Shown piece by piece: positions 25,506-34,181 of a DNA stretch of 35,093 nucleotides. Under the pieces are notes generated by a model. It saw only the letters and a program-made list of their open reading frames with translations. It ran no database searches and was not told where the DNA came from. Location: positions 1 to 35,093 of the IMG/VR virus record IMGVR_UViG_3300038318_000178; one strand, 5' to 3'. Position 1 is the stretch's first letter. Each line of letters begins with the position of its first letter. This DNA comes from a virus. Lineage: Duplodnaviria; Caudoviricetes. The position numbers and the translations under genes are program-made.

Positions 25506-25780
25506 CAAAGCGAATATGTCCCGAATGTGGGAAAGCGGCGCACTCTGCCGACACATCGCCCCGCCCGTGGGAATGCCCTTCGTGTGGCGGGAGCATACCA
25601 TCACCGGAGGGCGGCGCAAAACTTGACGCCGCAAACACTCTTGAAGAAATGCAACTGTATTGTAAAAAGTATGTTTTGACTGCCGCCCGCAGAAATGGCA
25701 AAAGCATTGATTTTGAAAATGTCGCAAAACAGATACAGGCCCTTGAAATAGCAATAGAGGAATTAAGGAAGGTGAAATAA
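25502..25780 (+). CDS. Zn-ribbon protein
   Basis: CPECG...WECPSCG; GGAGGGG RBS. Confidence 0.7.
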   Translation: MTKRICPECGKAAHSADTSPRPWECPSCGGSIPSPEGGAKLDAANTLEEMQLYCKKYVLTAARRNGKSIDFENVAKQIQALEIAIEELRKVK

Positions 25781-25782
25781 AA

Positions 25783-26004
25783 ATGACCGTTGAAGAAATG
25801 AAGTCAGATTTTACGGCAAATGAATTAACCAATCTTATTCGCAAGATTGATAAAAACATTGAGCGGGCAGAATACGAAGCGCACCCGTCCGGCGAAGAAT
25901 TTGTGCGGGTCTATGAAACTTCCGGGCGCATGGCGATTAAAGTTTGCGTTACAGCGGACAGCCTTTCGGCCATGACACGGGACGTTCTACGCAAGATAGA
26001 TTGA
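25783..26004 (+). CDS. Hypothetical protein
   Basis: AAGGTG RBS; fits operon packing. Confidence 0.7.
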   Translation: MTVEEMKSDFTANELTNLIRKIDKNIERAEYEAHPSGEEFVRVYETSGRMAIKVCVTADSLSAMTRDVLRKID

Positions 26005-26015
26005 AGGGAAATAAA

Positions 26016-27047
26016 ATGGTTGAGCTATTACACGGGAAAGAGCTTGAAGAATTTCGTAAAAAGGTTGACATGGCAAAAGCCCTTGAACCGCCGCATGATA
26101 ACGAGTGGGTGAAGTCTTTTGTAAATCTTCCGCTTGAAGTGAAAATCGGAAAAGCGATTACCCGAATTATTGAATGGATTGTATACCACGAAGGGAAAGT
26201 CTATGTTTCTTACAGCGGGGGCAAGGATTCGACCGTACTACTTCATCTTGTCAGAAGGGTATATCCGGAATGCGAAGCGGTTTTTTGCAATACAGGAATT
26301 GAATATCCGGAGGTAGCAAAACACGCTATTGCACAGCCTAATGTTACGGTAATAAAAACGCAAATATCCTTCAAAAAAGTTATTGAAGAATACGGATACC
26401 CGTTGCCAACAAAAGAAATAAGCCATTTTGTAGCTTGCGCCCGTCGCGGCGCACCCTCCGCGATTAAAAAGTTAAACGGAACTTATCCAGGAAAAGATGG
26501 GAAGCCGTCCCGTTATTGTTGCCCGCAATGGAAATATCTATTAGACGCACCATTTAAGATATCGGATAAATGTTGCGATGTGATGAAAAAGAAGCCGTTT
26601 AAAGAATTTGAACGCAACAGCGGAAAGAAACCGTTTATCGGAACAACGGCGGCAGAAAGCTATATGCGGAAGACGGATTGGCAGCGGCGCGGGTGCAATG
26701 CCTTTTCAGGTGAACGCCCAAAATCAAAACCGCTATCGCCATTCACAGAACAAGACATTTTGCGATACATAGTAATGTTCGGGCTTGAAATCCCTTCCGT
26801 ATACGGTGAGATAAAGCAAGACAGCGTCGGAAAGTATTACACGACGGGAGTTTCAAGAACGGGTTGTATGCCCTGTATGTTCGGCGTTCATTTAGAGCCA
26901 AAGCCAAATAGATTTCAAATTATGTACAAGACGCACCCGAAGCACTATAACGCTTTTATTAACAAAATGGGGCTTGGGTCGGCAATGGACTATATCGGCG
27001 TAGATTATGCCCCGGATACACAACTTACACTATTTGAAGATGAATAA
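26016..27047 (+). CDS. PAPS-reductase-family (PP-loop, Fe-S) protein
   Basis: Start reassigned to ATG 26016. SYSGGKDSTVL, KCCDVMKKKP, RTGCMPC. Confidence 0.9.
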   Translation: MVELLHGKELEEFRKKVDMAKALEPPHDNEWVKSFVNLPLEVKIGKAITRIIEWIVYHEGKVYVSYSGGKDSTVLLHLVRRVYPECEAVFCNTGIEYPEVAKHAIAQPNVTVIKTQISFKKVIEEYGYPLPTKEISHFVACARRGAPSAIKKLNGTYPGKDGKPSRYCCPQWKYLLDAPFKISDKCCDVMKKKPFKEFERNSGKKPFIGTTAAESYMRKTDWQRRGCNAFSGERPKSKPLSPFTEQDILRYIVMFGLEIPSVYGEIKQDSVGKYYTTGVSRTGCMPCMFGVHLEPKPNRFQIMYKTHPKHYNAFINKMGLGSAMDYIGVDYAPDTQLTLFEDE

Positions 27048-27062
27048 AAAGGAGTTTTTAAA

Positions 27063-27338
27063 ATGGCAGGACTTGACGCAACTATCACGGTTTCAAATTC
27101 AGAATATCGCCCGTGCATTGTGAGAGGGCAAAAAGCTTTGTTTCATCAATGGATAGAGCGGGCGCAAGTTGTACCGCCTTCGCCGATGGTCGGCGGGCAT
27201 AGCGGCGGCGTCATGAAAGCCCCGTTTGGAATAATCGAACGCGAAGACGGGAAAATCGTTGAGGTAGACCCGGAAAGTATTCAATTTGCGGACAACCATT
27301 TCAAGGAATTTGCGTTCGAGAGGGCCGGCGATGAATAA
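27063..27338 (+). CDS. Hypothetical protein
   Basis: AGGAG RBS; RPC.V...ALFH.W...GIIE.EDG pattern common in phage early ORFs. Confidence 0.75.
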   Translation: MAGLDATITVSNSEYRPCIVRGQKALFHQWIERAQVVPPSPMVGGHSGGVMKAPFGIIEREDGKIVEVDPESIQFADNHFKEFAFERAGDE

Positions 27339-27531
27339 CAACGAATTAAAGGAAGCCTTTGTCGCCCGCCGCCCGGTCGTACATAACGGCATAATATACG
27401 AGCGGATTTCAGCAATCATATATCGCCTTCGCCCCAACGGCACAATTTACACCGAAGCGGAGCTTATGGACAAATGCGGGCATTCCGTTTCGATTGTCAG
27501 CCCGGAGCGGGTAAAAGATAAGGAGGATTAA
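27331..27531 (+). CDS. Hypothetical protein
   Basis: Start reassigned to ATG 27331 behind GAGGGG. Confidence 0.7.
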   Translation: MNNNELKEAFVARRPVVHNGIIYERISAIIYRLRPNGTIYTEAELMDKCGHSVSIVSPERVKDKED

Positions 27532-27534
27532 GGA

Positions 27535-27777
27535 ATGGCAGACGTTGACCGTTGCGTAATGTGTGGACAGGCTATACCGGAGGGAATACAGATATGTCCG
27601 ATATGTCACCAAAACGCACACAAAAAACCGCCTTCCGAAAAAGCGTTACGGAAAGTGGCGAAAGTAATAAAAGATTTTTGCGTCGGCAGAACCGACAGCA
27701 TGAAAAAACCTTGTGAAAAATGTCCGATACGGGACATTTGCTTCAATCAACCGTATTTGTGGGAGGTGCAACCGTGA
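27535..27777 (+). CDS. Cys-rich (Zn-binding) hypothetical protein
   Basis: CVMCG..IPEG..ICPIC and CEKCP...C. Confidence 0.7.
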   Translation: MADVDRCVMCGQAIPEGIQICPICHQNAHKKPPSEKALRKVAKVIKDFCVGRTDSMKKPCEKCPIRDICFNQPYLWEVQP

Positions 27778-28559
27778 AAGCATTATTAAAATACCCCGGC
27801 GGCAAATGGCGCATTGCTAAAAAGATAATCGAAAATTTCCCGAAGCACAAAGTATACCTTGAACCATTTTTCGGAAGCGGGGCCGTATTCTTCACAAAAG
27901 AACCTTCCAATATGGAAACAATAAACGACTTAGACCATAACGTCGTAAATTTGTTCAAGGTTCTTCGGGAACAGCCGGAAGAATTAGCAAGACTTATTGA
28001 ATTAACCCCGTTTTCCCGGAAAGAGTTTATGGATATCCAGGAAGAAAGAGCAGGAGCAGGAATACAGCTTACGGACAATGAAGTCGAAAACGCCCGCCGT
28101 TTTATTGTGCGGTGTAATCAAGGCTTCGGGAGCAAGCTATCCGACCGCGTCGGATGGAAGCATACTTGCACTTCTGCCGGCCCGAAGAATCCGAAAATAT
28201 GGGGCAAAGTCCCGGAAATCATTATACAAGCCGGGGAGCGGCTGAAACACGCACAAATCGAATGTATGTCAGCTATAAAGCTAATCGAAAAATATAACGC
28301 CGAAGATTGCTTGATTTATGCCGACCCGCCATACATAAAAGAAGCCCGCCCGAAGCGTATGTACCTTTATGAAATGCAGGACGAAGCCGAGCATTTAGAG
28401 CTTTTAGAAAATCTAAAGGCGCATAAAGGATACTTCGTATTGAGCGGATACGACAACGAAGTTTACCAAAAATCCCTGCAGGGATATAGAAAAATCGAAA
28501 TCAACACATATGTAAATTCCGGCCGGAGTGCGACGGAATGCCTATGGCTGAATTTTTAA
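27774..28559 (+). CDS. DNA N6-adenine methyltransferase (Dam/D12 class)
   Basis: Start reassigned to GTG 27774. KYPGGK, EPFFGSG, INDLD, YADPPY. Confidence 0.93.
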   Translation: MKALLKYPGGKWRIAKKIIENFPKHKVYLEPFFGSGAVFFTKEPSNMETINDLDHNVVNLFKVLREQPEELARLIELTPFSRKEFMDIQEERAGAGIQLTDNEVENARRFIVRCNQGFGSKLSDRVGWKHTCTSAGPKNPKIWGKVPEIIIQAGERLKHAQIECMSAIKLIEKYNAEDCLIYADPPYIKEARPKRMYLYEMQDEAEHLELLENLKAHKGYFVLSGYDNEVYQKSLQGYRKIEINTYVNSGRSATECLWLNF

Positions 28560-28572
28560 GGAGGTTGAACAA

Positions 28573-29256
28573 ATGAACACAAAATCACCGAGAGGGACAA
28601 AGGCCCGAAAGAAGCCGCTTCCGGCACGGGCAAAGCGCATTATTATTTCTTGGGTCGCCTGTTTTGTAATTGGCGGCATTTTCGGCGGTATCGTCGCCGT
28701 TGCGGTGGACAGGCTTTCGGCAGCACCCGCAAAGGCTAACGCAATATTGCCGGAATACGGCACACGCGACGGGAGGGTCTTTAACGGCGGCGAAATGTCT
28801 ATGGATTGGGGCGGCGAATACGCCTTTACGCCTATTGATTGCGCTTTATCCGAAGAAGTACAGGAATTCACATTCTACCTATGTGAAGGATATTACATAG
28901 ACTTTCCGTTCGCTATGGCGGTAATGTTTTGTGAAAGCAGCTTCCGCGCCGACATTGTGAGCGGGACAAACGATAGCGGGCTTATGCAAATCAATGTAAA
29001 AAATCATAAATGGCTATCGGAGCGGTTGGGGCTTGACGACATCATCGACCCTTACCAAAATATCCGCGCCGGGCTTTACATATTAAGAGGGCTTTTCGAA
29101 AAGTACGACGACCCCGCAAAAGTGCTTATGGCGTACAACATGGGCGAATACGGCGCGTCAGTGCTTTGGGAGCAGGGCATAACCGAAACAACCTATTCAA
29201 GGAAGGTTTTACAACAAGCGGACATCTACGCCGCCGCATTGGAGGGCGGGAAATGA
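28573..29256 (+). CDS. Membrane-anchored lytic transglycosylase (SLT domain)
   Basis: N-terminal TM; ESS, GLMQI, DPYQNI and AYNMG motifs. Confidence 0.88.
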   Translation: MNTKSPRGTKARKKPLPARAKRIIISWVACFVIGGIFGGIVAVAVDRLSAAPAKANAILPEYGTRDGRVFNGGEMSMDWGGEYAFTPIDCALSEEVQEFTFYLCEGYYIDFPFAMAVMFCESSFRADIVSGTNDSGLMQINVKNHKWLSERLGLDDIIDPYQNIRAGLYILRGLFEKYDDPAKVLMAYNMGEYGASVLWEQGITETTYSRKVLQQADIYAAALEGGK

Positions 29257-29271
29257 AGCATTGCACTGACA

Positions 29272-29312
29272 AAATAAAAAAGTGACCCGTTCGCCATTAA
29301 CGAACGAGCCAC
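29272..29312 (-). terminator. Intrinsic terminator of the antisense RNA
   Basis: 12-bp stem GUGGCUCGUUCG/CGAACGGGUCAC with two G-U pairs valid only on the minus strand, followed by UUUUUUAUUU. Confidence 0.8.
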
Positions 29313-29344
29313 CGGAAACGACTATCGCCGCCCCTTCAAAACCT
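29272..29344 (-). ncRNA. Putative ~70-nt antisense (countertranscript) RNA
   Basis: Bounded by a consensus minus-strand promoter and a minus-strand terminator, with no ORF. Confidence 0.65.
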
Positions 29345-29350
29345 ATATAA

Positions 29351-29379
29351 ATTATAGCATAGCGGCGGCGAAAAGTCAA
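29351..29379 (-). promoter_or_regulatory. Strong leftward sigmaA promoter
   Basis: TTGACT (29379-29374)-N17-TATAAT (29356-29351) with extended -10 TG. Confidence 0.8.
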
Positions 29380-29483
29380 TAAAAATGCGCGCGATTTAAG
29401 GCGCGTTCCGGCCTTGTATTGTATAGTATCTCATCAACCAACAAGGGCCGGGAAAGATTGATAATAAAAGGAGTGCCGCAAAA

Positions 29484-29888
29484 ATGGAAAACAAAAATAA
29501 TAAATCTTTTTCGTGTGAAACAATCCGTCCCGTCCGTCCGTCATTTTATGAGATTTTAGAAGAAGTTAAAGTACAAGTGGAATTCGATTGTTTCAAAGAC
29601 AGAGAAAAAGCGCAAGCGAACGAAATTTGTTTGATTATTACGGAGGTTATGAAACTTAACCCGGAAAATGAAATCAAAATTGCCGGGGTTATGCTTTCGG
29701 TTGGAATGGTTCAAGAGGTTTACGGAAGTTTGGAAAACGACCATATCGCCCTTGTGTTGGAAAACTTCCAAAAAGTTACATACGAAATCAGAAATAAAAA
29801 AGCCTATCTTCGAACCGCAATTTATAACGCCGTCTTTGAATTTGAAAGTCACTACGAAAACCAATATCGAAAAGACTTCGGCATATAA
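29484..29888 (+). CDS. Replication-associated protein resembling the C-terminal domain of replisome organisers (DUF6017-like)
   Basis: VQEVY..L...HI..V.......IRNKKAYLRTAIYNA pattern; AGGAG RBS. Confidence 0.6.
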   Translation: MENKNNKSFSCETIRPVRPSFYEILEEVKVQVEFDCFKDREKAQANEICLIITEVMKLNPENEIKIAGVMLSVGMVQEVYGSLENDHIALVLENFQKVTYEIRNKKAYLRTAIYNAVFEFESHYENQYRKDFGI

Positions 29889-29900
29889 GGCGGTGAAGAC

Positions 29901-30824
29901 GTGCAAAGAGAAAAGAAAACAATATCGGGGCCGCTCTTGGAAGTTGATTTTTACCCCGTATTCAACGATGGCCGCAGAATGCCGACCCGCGCACCAAAAA
30001 CAAAGCCTTCGACCGCCGAACAGCGGAAATATAACAATACAATTGCAACAAAGAAACTTATTCGGCTTGCGAACGCAAACTTTAATACAACGGATTATCT
30101 TATGCACCCGACATATACGCCGTCGCAAGCCCCGCAAACGGAAAAGGAAGCCCGACGGGACATCGTGAATTATCTTCGCCGGGTTAAAACGAAACGGGCT
30201 TCGGAAACGAAGAAGCTTTACAAGTCGCTAAAGTCGGCAGAGGACGCCGCCGCAAAACTTCCGGACAATGAGTATCTTTCTGCTTCCGTTCGAGAATTAA
30301 AGCAGAAAATAAAAAAGCTTGAAGAACCGTTTAAGTACATTTATGTTATCGAAAAGCAAACATACAAATCCGGAAAATACGCCGGCCGGGTAAATTGGCA
30401 CTTTCACTTGTTCTTAACCGGAGGAATAGAAAACAAGGTGCTTGAAGGAATGTGGACAAATGGCGTTCGAACGAATTGTAACAACTTTCAGCCGGACAAA
30501 TTCGGGCCGGAAGCCGCGGCGTTGTATATGTCCAAAGACCCGCAGGGTTCAAAGCGTTTCAGCTATTCGCGAAACCTAAAGCAACCAAAAACGCCCCCGC
30601 CGAAGGACGGCAGAATATCACGCCGGGGTGTGGAACAGCTGGCAACGAAGCGCATTGACGACGGGGAATATTGGGAGCGCAGACACAAGGGATATCGCTT
30701 CTTGCGATGTTACGCACGATTTAACGAATACAATTCGCAATGGTACGTTACCGCGATTATGTACAAAATGGACGGGCAACCGCCCAAATGGAGGGAAGAA
30801 GAATGGTTAACGACGGATTACTAA
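29901..30824 (+). CDS. HUH-endonuclease, rolling-circle-type replication initiator
   Basis: Motif I-like YLMHPTY, motif II WHFHLFL, motif III LYMSK, then SYSRNL..P. Confidence 0.75.
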   Translation: MQREKKTISGPLLEVDFYPVFNDGRRMPTRAPKTKPSTAEQRKYNNTIATKKLIRLANANFNTTDYLMHPTYTPSQAPQTEKEARRDIVNYLRRVKTKRASETKKLYKSLKSAEDAAAKLPDNEYLSASVRELKQKIKKLEEPFKYIYVIEKQTYKSGKYAGRVNWHFHLFLTGGIENKVLEGMWTNGVRTNCNNFQPDKFGPEAAALYMSKDPQGSKRFSYSRNLKQPKTPPPKDGRISRRGVEQLATKRIDDGEYWERRHKGYRFLRCYARFNEYNSQWYVTAIMYKMDGQPPKWREEEWLTTDY

Positions 30825-32329
30825 CGCTTGGGAGCTTGTTTGACGGAATAGGCGGCTTCCCGTTCGCCGCACAAATCGCCGAGGTAAAACCGTTATGGGC
30901 GGCAGAGATTGAACCGTTTTGCGTGGCGGTCACAAAACAGCATTTCCCCGATATGCTTCACTTCGGGGATGTGTCGAAGATAAACGGCGCAGAAATCCCG
31001 CCCGTGGATATAATCACCTTCGGAAGCCCTTGTCAGGATTTGAGCGTAGCGGGCAAGCGCGCCGGGATGAAGCATAAAAGCAACGGCGACGACGAAACGA
31101 CCCGAAGCGGGCTTTTCGTGGAAGCCATAAGAATAATTTACGAAATGAGGGAAGCGACAAATGGACAATATCCAACTTTCATTGTTTGGGAAAACGTCCC
31201 CGGAGCATTTACAAGTCATTCCGGGCGCGATTTTAGAACCGTGCTTGAAGAAATCACAAAAACCGATATTCCAATGCCTACAAGTGGAAAGTGGGCGAAC
31301 GCCGGAATGGTTCGAGGGGGGGCAATTTGCGCCGCGTGGAGATTGCTTGACGCTCAATATTGGGGCGTCGCCCAACGAAGAAAGCGTATCTACCTTGTCG
31401 GAAGTTTTGGAAGCGATTGTGCCGCAGAAATATTATTTAAGCCCGACAGCGTGCGAAGGTATCTTGCGCCGCGCGGAATGCAGAGGGCGGGAACTCCCCC
31501 AACTTCTGAAACAAGCGCTACTTTCGCAAATATCGCAGAAGGAATGATAAACGAAGAACAATACGCCGTTGATTTTGGAAGAACGGCAGACAGAATACAA
31601 ATTAACGCCAAACAATCCGTTACACTTTTAGCAGAAGGCGGCGGCGGTGGCGCGAAATCAGGGTTATATCTTGTTCCGCAGCTTGTAGCGGGATTTCACG
31701 GACAAAACAGTATAACCGCGGCCGGCGTTGAATATCGCGAAGAACAAAGCCCAACACTTACCCGCAAAAAAGAAGCAGATGTTATATACGCGCTTCAAGG
31801 TTCGATGATAGGTCGAGCGGATAAAAACGGCCCGCAAGGCGACGGAATAAATGAAGACGTATGCTTCACGCTGAACACATCCGACCGACATTGTGTCGCC
31901 TATAACAATTCTTCATTCGGTGGATATACGCCGGGGGTCGGCACTATTCGGGAGAGCGGATATAAACGACCGGAAGAAAACATTATATGCGATTTATGGG
32001 AATGGATTGTGCGCCGCCTTACTCCTCTTGAATGCGAACGGCTACAAGGCTATCCGGACGGATGGACGGTTTTACCCGAAATAACGGATATGTCCGATGA
32101 AGATTACGAATTCTTCAAATCGGCGTTTATGCTCAATAAACAAATCAAAGGTCAGACCGTGAAAAAAGAACCAACAAAAAAACAGATAATCAAATGGCAT
32201 AACAGACTTTTCAATGACAGCGCGCAATATAAAGCGTTGGGGAATTCCCTTGCTATCCCTTGCGCCTTGCGTGTAGTCGGATACATAGCAGAACACGTTA
32301 GAAGAGAGCGGACGCACCATGCCAAATAA
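30803..32329 (+). CDS. DNA cytosine-5 methyltransferase (alpha chain)
   Basis: Start reassigned to ATG 30803. SLFDGIGG, GSPCQD, WENVPG, QRRKR, RRLTPLECERLQG, YKALGNS. Confidence 0.95.
   Translation: MVNDGLLTLGSLFDGIGGFPFAAQIAEVKPLWAAEIEPFCVAVTKQHFPDMLHFGDVSKINGAEIPPVDIITFGSPCQDLSVAGKRAGMKHKSNGDDETTRSGLFVEAIRIIYEMREATNGQYPTFIVWENVPGAFTSHSGRDFRTVLEEITKTDIPMPTSGKWANAGMVRGGAICAAWRLLDAQYWGVAQRRKRIYLVGSFGSDCAAEILFKPDSVRRYLAPRGMQRAGTPPTSETSATFANIAEGMINEEQYAVDFGRTADRIQINAKQSVTLLAEGGGGGAKSGLYLVPQLVAGFHGQNSITAAGVEYREEQSPTLTRKKEADVIYALQGSMIGRADKNGPQGDGINEDVCFTLNTSDRHCVAYNNSSFGGYTPGVGTIRESGYKRPEENIICDLWEWIVRRLTPLECERLQGYPDGWTVLPEITDMSDEDYEFFKSAFMLNKQIKGQTVKKEPTKKQIIKWHNRLFNDSAQYKALGNSLAIPCALRVVGYIAEHVRRERTHHAK
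31161..31547 (+). CDS. Nested alternative-frame ORF, putative C5-MTase beta subunit (M.EcoHK31I-like arrangement)
   Basis: Own RBS (GAGGGA) and ATG; LSEVLE..VPQKYYLSPTACEGILRRA..RG..LP motif. Confidence 0.7.
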   Translation: MDNIQLSLFGKTSPEHLQVIPGAILEPCLKKSQKPIFQCLQVESGRTPEWFEGGQFAPRGDCLTLNIGASPNEESVSTLSEVLEAIVPQKYYLSPTACEGILRRAECRGRELPQLLKQALLSQISQKE

Positions 32330-32777
32330 AAACGGATATCAGCCGACAAAGAAAATCACAACCACGCCGCCGCATTGTGGGTCGAGTGTAAATACAGCGG
32401 GAGCGGGTCGCCGCAAGCCCATTCAGCACGAAGCAAACGAACAAGAAGCCTTGTTCAGATGGGCGGCGTTTGCACGGGGCCGCTTCCCGGAACTGGAATT
32501 GCTTTACCATAACCCGAACGGTGGCAGCCGAAATAAACTTGAAGCGGCGAACCTTAAACGGCAGGGCGTAAAAGCGGGTGTCCCTGATTTATGCTTGCCG
32601 GTTGCCCGTGGAGGGTATCACGGTTTGTATATCGAAATGAAATACGGCAAAAACAAGACTTCCGAAAAACAAAACGAATGGTTGTTAGCGTTGCAAAGGC
32701 AAGGCCATGTTGTGAGGGTATGCTACGGGTGGGAACAAGCCGCCGAGGTTATAACAAAATATTTAGAAGTGAGGTAG
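32319..32777 (+). CDS. VRR-NUC domain nuclease (Holliday junction resolvase-like)
   Basis: HNPNGG, GVKAGVPDL, LYIEMK, SEKQNEW. Confidence 0.9.
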   Translation: MPNKNGYQPTKKITTTPPHCGSSVNTAGAGRRKPIQHEANEQEALFRWAAFARGRFPELELLYHNPNGGSRNKLEAANLKRQGVKAGVPDLCLPVARGGYHGLYIEMKYGKNKTSEKQNEWLLALQRQGHVVRVCYGWEQAAEVITKYLEVR

Positions 32778-32782
32778 AAAAA

Positions 32783-33307
32783 ATGGGAAACTGGACAGAA
32801 CGCGAAGACAAAGCCTTAAAAGCAGGGTACGAAATCGGACGCCCTATTTCAGAAATCGCCGCCGCATTAGGACGAACGCCCGGCGCAGTGCGCGGAAGGG
32901 CTTCCGCTCTTGGGGTGGCAAGAAACAAACCGGAAGAAATTGACGAAATCGGCTTCGAGAACGAAGGGATTTGCCGTCTTTGCGGGCAAATATCCTTGAC
33001 CGGGGGGGATTGCGATTGTCCGGGCGCAATGCGGGAACGCAAAATACAAGACCAAATCAAGCGGGCTAAAATTGGAATTCAAGAGGTTTTCGGCGAAGGT
33101 TGCGAAGAAAGCGGATATAAGCCCGTTTCAGAAGAAAACATCCAAATCATGAACAAGGCGGCGGCACAAATCGCCAATTACAAAATACACGCCGCGCAAT
33201 TCGTATTACCGAGCGGGACACGGGCAAAGCTTACGCGCGGAGCAAAAGGCGCAATCAAAGTCGAGCGGTCGGAAACGAAGAAGCTTGCTATGGAGGTTGA
33301 AGAATGA
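32783..33307 (+). CDS. HTH plus Zn-finger hypothetical protein
   Basis: Start reassigned to ATG 32783. WT..ED..L...IAAALGRT.GAV and CRLCGQ...CDC. Confidence 0.7.
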   Translation: MGNWTEREDKALKAGYEIGRPISEIAAALGRTPGAVRGRASALGVARNKPEEIDEIGFENEGICRLCGQISLTGGDCDCPGAMRERKIQDQIKRAKIGIQEVFGEGCEESGYKPVSEENIQIMNKAAAQIANYKIHAAQFVLPSGTRAKLTRGAKGAIKVERSETKKLAMEVEE

Positions 33308-33603
33308 TATCGGAAAGATTTATGGCAACAGGCAAGGACATTAAAACGGGTGAAACGATATGCGGCTTCCCCGTGCGCAGAAAATCAAGGTTTAGCGAAC
33401 TTGAAAGTATGCTAATTGAGGACGAATACCGAACAACAAGGATTGTCGACCCCGAAAGCATAGCCCCGTTGCCCGTATCGGTTCTTTTTGGCGAAAACGG
33501 AAACGCCTATTGCCCCAACTGCCGAATAAAAATCGGTATATTTCATGGTCGGAATTACTGTACGGATTGCGGGCAGCGGTTGGAGTGGGAGGAAAAAGAA
33601 TGA
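33304..33603 (+). CDS. YopX-like/Zn-ribbon protein
   Basis: VDPESI followed by CPNC...YCTDCGQRLEW. Confidence 0.65.
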   Translation: MISERFMATGKDIKTGETICGFPVRRKSRFSELESMLIEDEYRTTRIVDPESIAPLPVSVLFGENGNAYCPNCRIKIGIFHGRNYCTDCGQRLEWEEKE

Positions 33604-33839
33604 ATTACATAGCCTATTTCGTCACAGCAGCTTCTATTACCGGAACGGTTGCAAACAGCCTTCAAAAGCGGTGGTGCTTTTGGATATGGATTTGTACGAA
33701 TACGTTTTGGTGTGCGTACAACACAGCTTCGGGCAGCTATGCGCAATCTCTGCTTTACGCGTTTAATTTCGCAATGGCCGTTCTTGGGCTGATAAAATGG
33801 CGAAAAAAAGAACTTTCGGGAAAAGAGGGCGCAAAATGA
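33600..33839 (+). CDS. Small PnuC-like membrane protein (3 TM)
   Basis: Start reassigned to ATG 33600. CFWIWICTN..W and GLIKW resemble a PnuC half-transporter. Confidence 0.6.
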   Translation: MNYIAYFVTAASITGTVANSLQKRWCFWIWICTNTFWCAYNTASGSYAQSLLYAFNFAMAVLGLIKWRKKELSGKEGAK

Positions 33840-34090
33840 AACCAGTAAAATTCAAGGAGCAAAACATAAACTTCACCGCACCGCAAGGCATGACCGAAGA
33901 AGAATGTGGAACGCTTCCGGTGCATATTCACGATAACGGAATTGTGAGTTGTTGGAAAATGAATATCCGGGAGCGGATAAAGGCTATTTTCACGGGCGTT
34001 ATATGGATGAACGTTATGTCAAAAAATCAGCCGCCAATATGGCTTGGGACTGAAACGCCATTTATCAAAAATACGGAGGTGGAAAAATGA
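33836..34090 (+). CDS. Hypothetical protein
   Basis: Start reassigned to ATG 33836 (ATGA coupling). MKPVKF...C..LP...SCWK pattern. Confidence 0.7.
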   Translation: MKPVKFKEQNINFTAPQGMTEEECGTLPVHIHDNGIVSCWKMNIRERIKAIFTGVIWMNVMSKNQPPIWLGTETPFIKNTEVEK

Positions 34091-34170
34091 CCGGAATTAT
34101 TATCACGTCGATTATATGCGGAACTCTTGTAGTTATCTACGCTATCGACAAAATAAGCAAGAGGAAATGA
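34087..34170 (+). CDS. 27-aa single-TM peptide (not in ORF track)
   Basis: GGAGGTGG RBS, ATGA coupling; MTGIIITSIICGTLVVIYAIDKISKRK. Confidence 0.6.
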   Translation: MTGIIITSIICGTLVVIYAIDKISKRK

Positions 34171-34181
34171 GAGGGCGCACA

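Noticed and set aside
26016-27047. Complete Dnd/Ssp phosphorothioation system or a cysH metabolic gene
   Set aside because: No partner genes (cysteine desulfurase, DndD/E, SspB/C, sulfate pathway) are present, so only a family-level call is supported.
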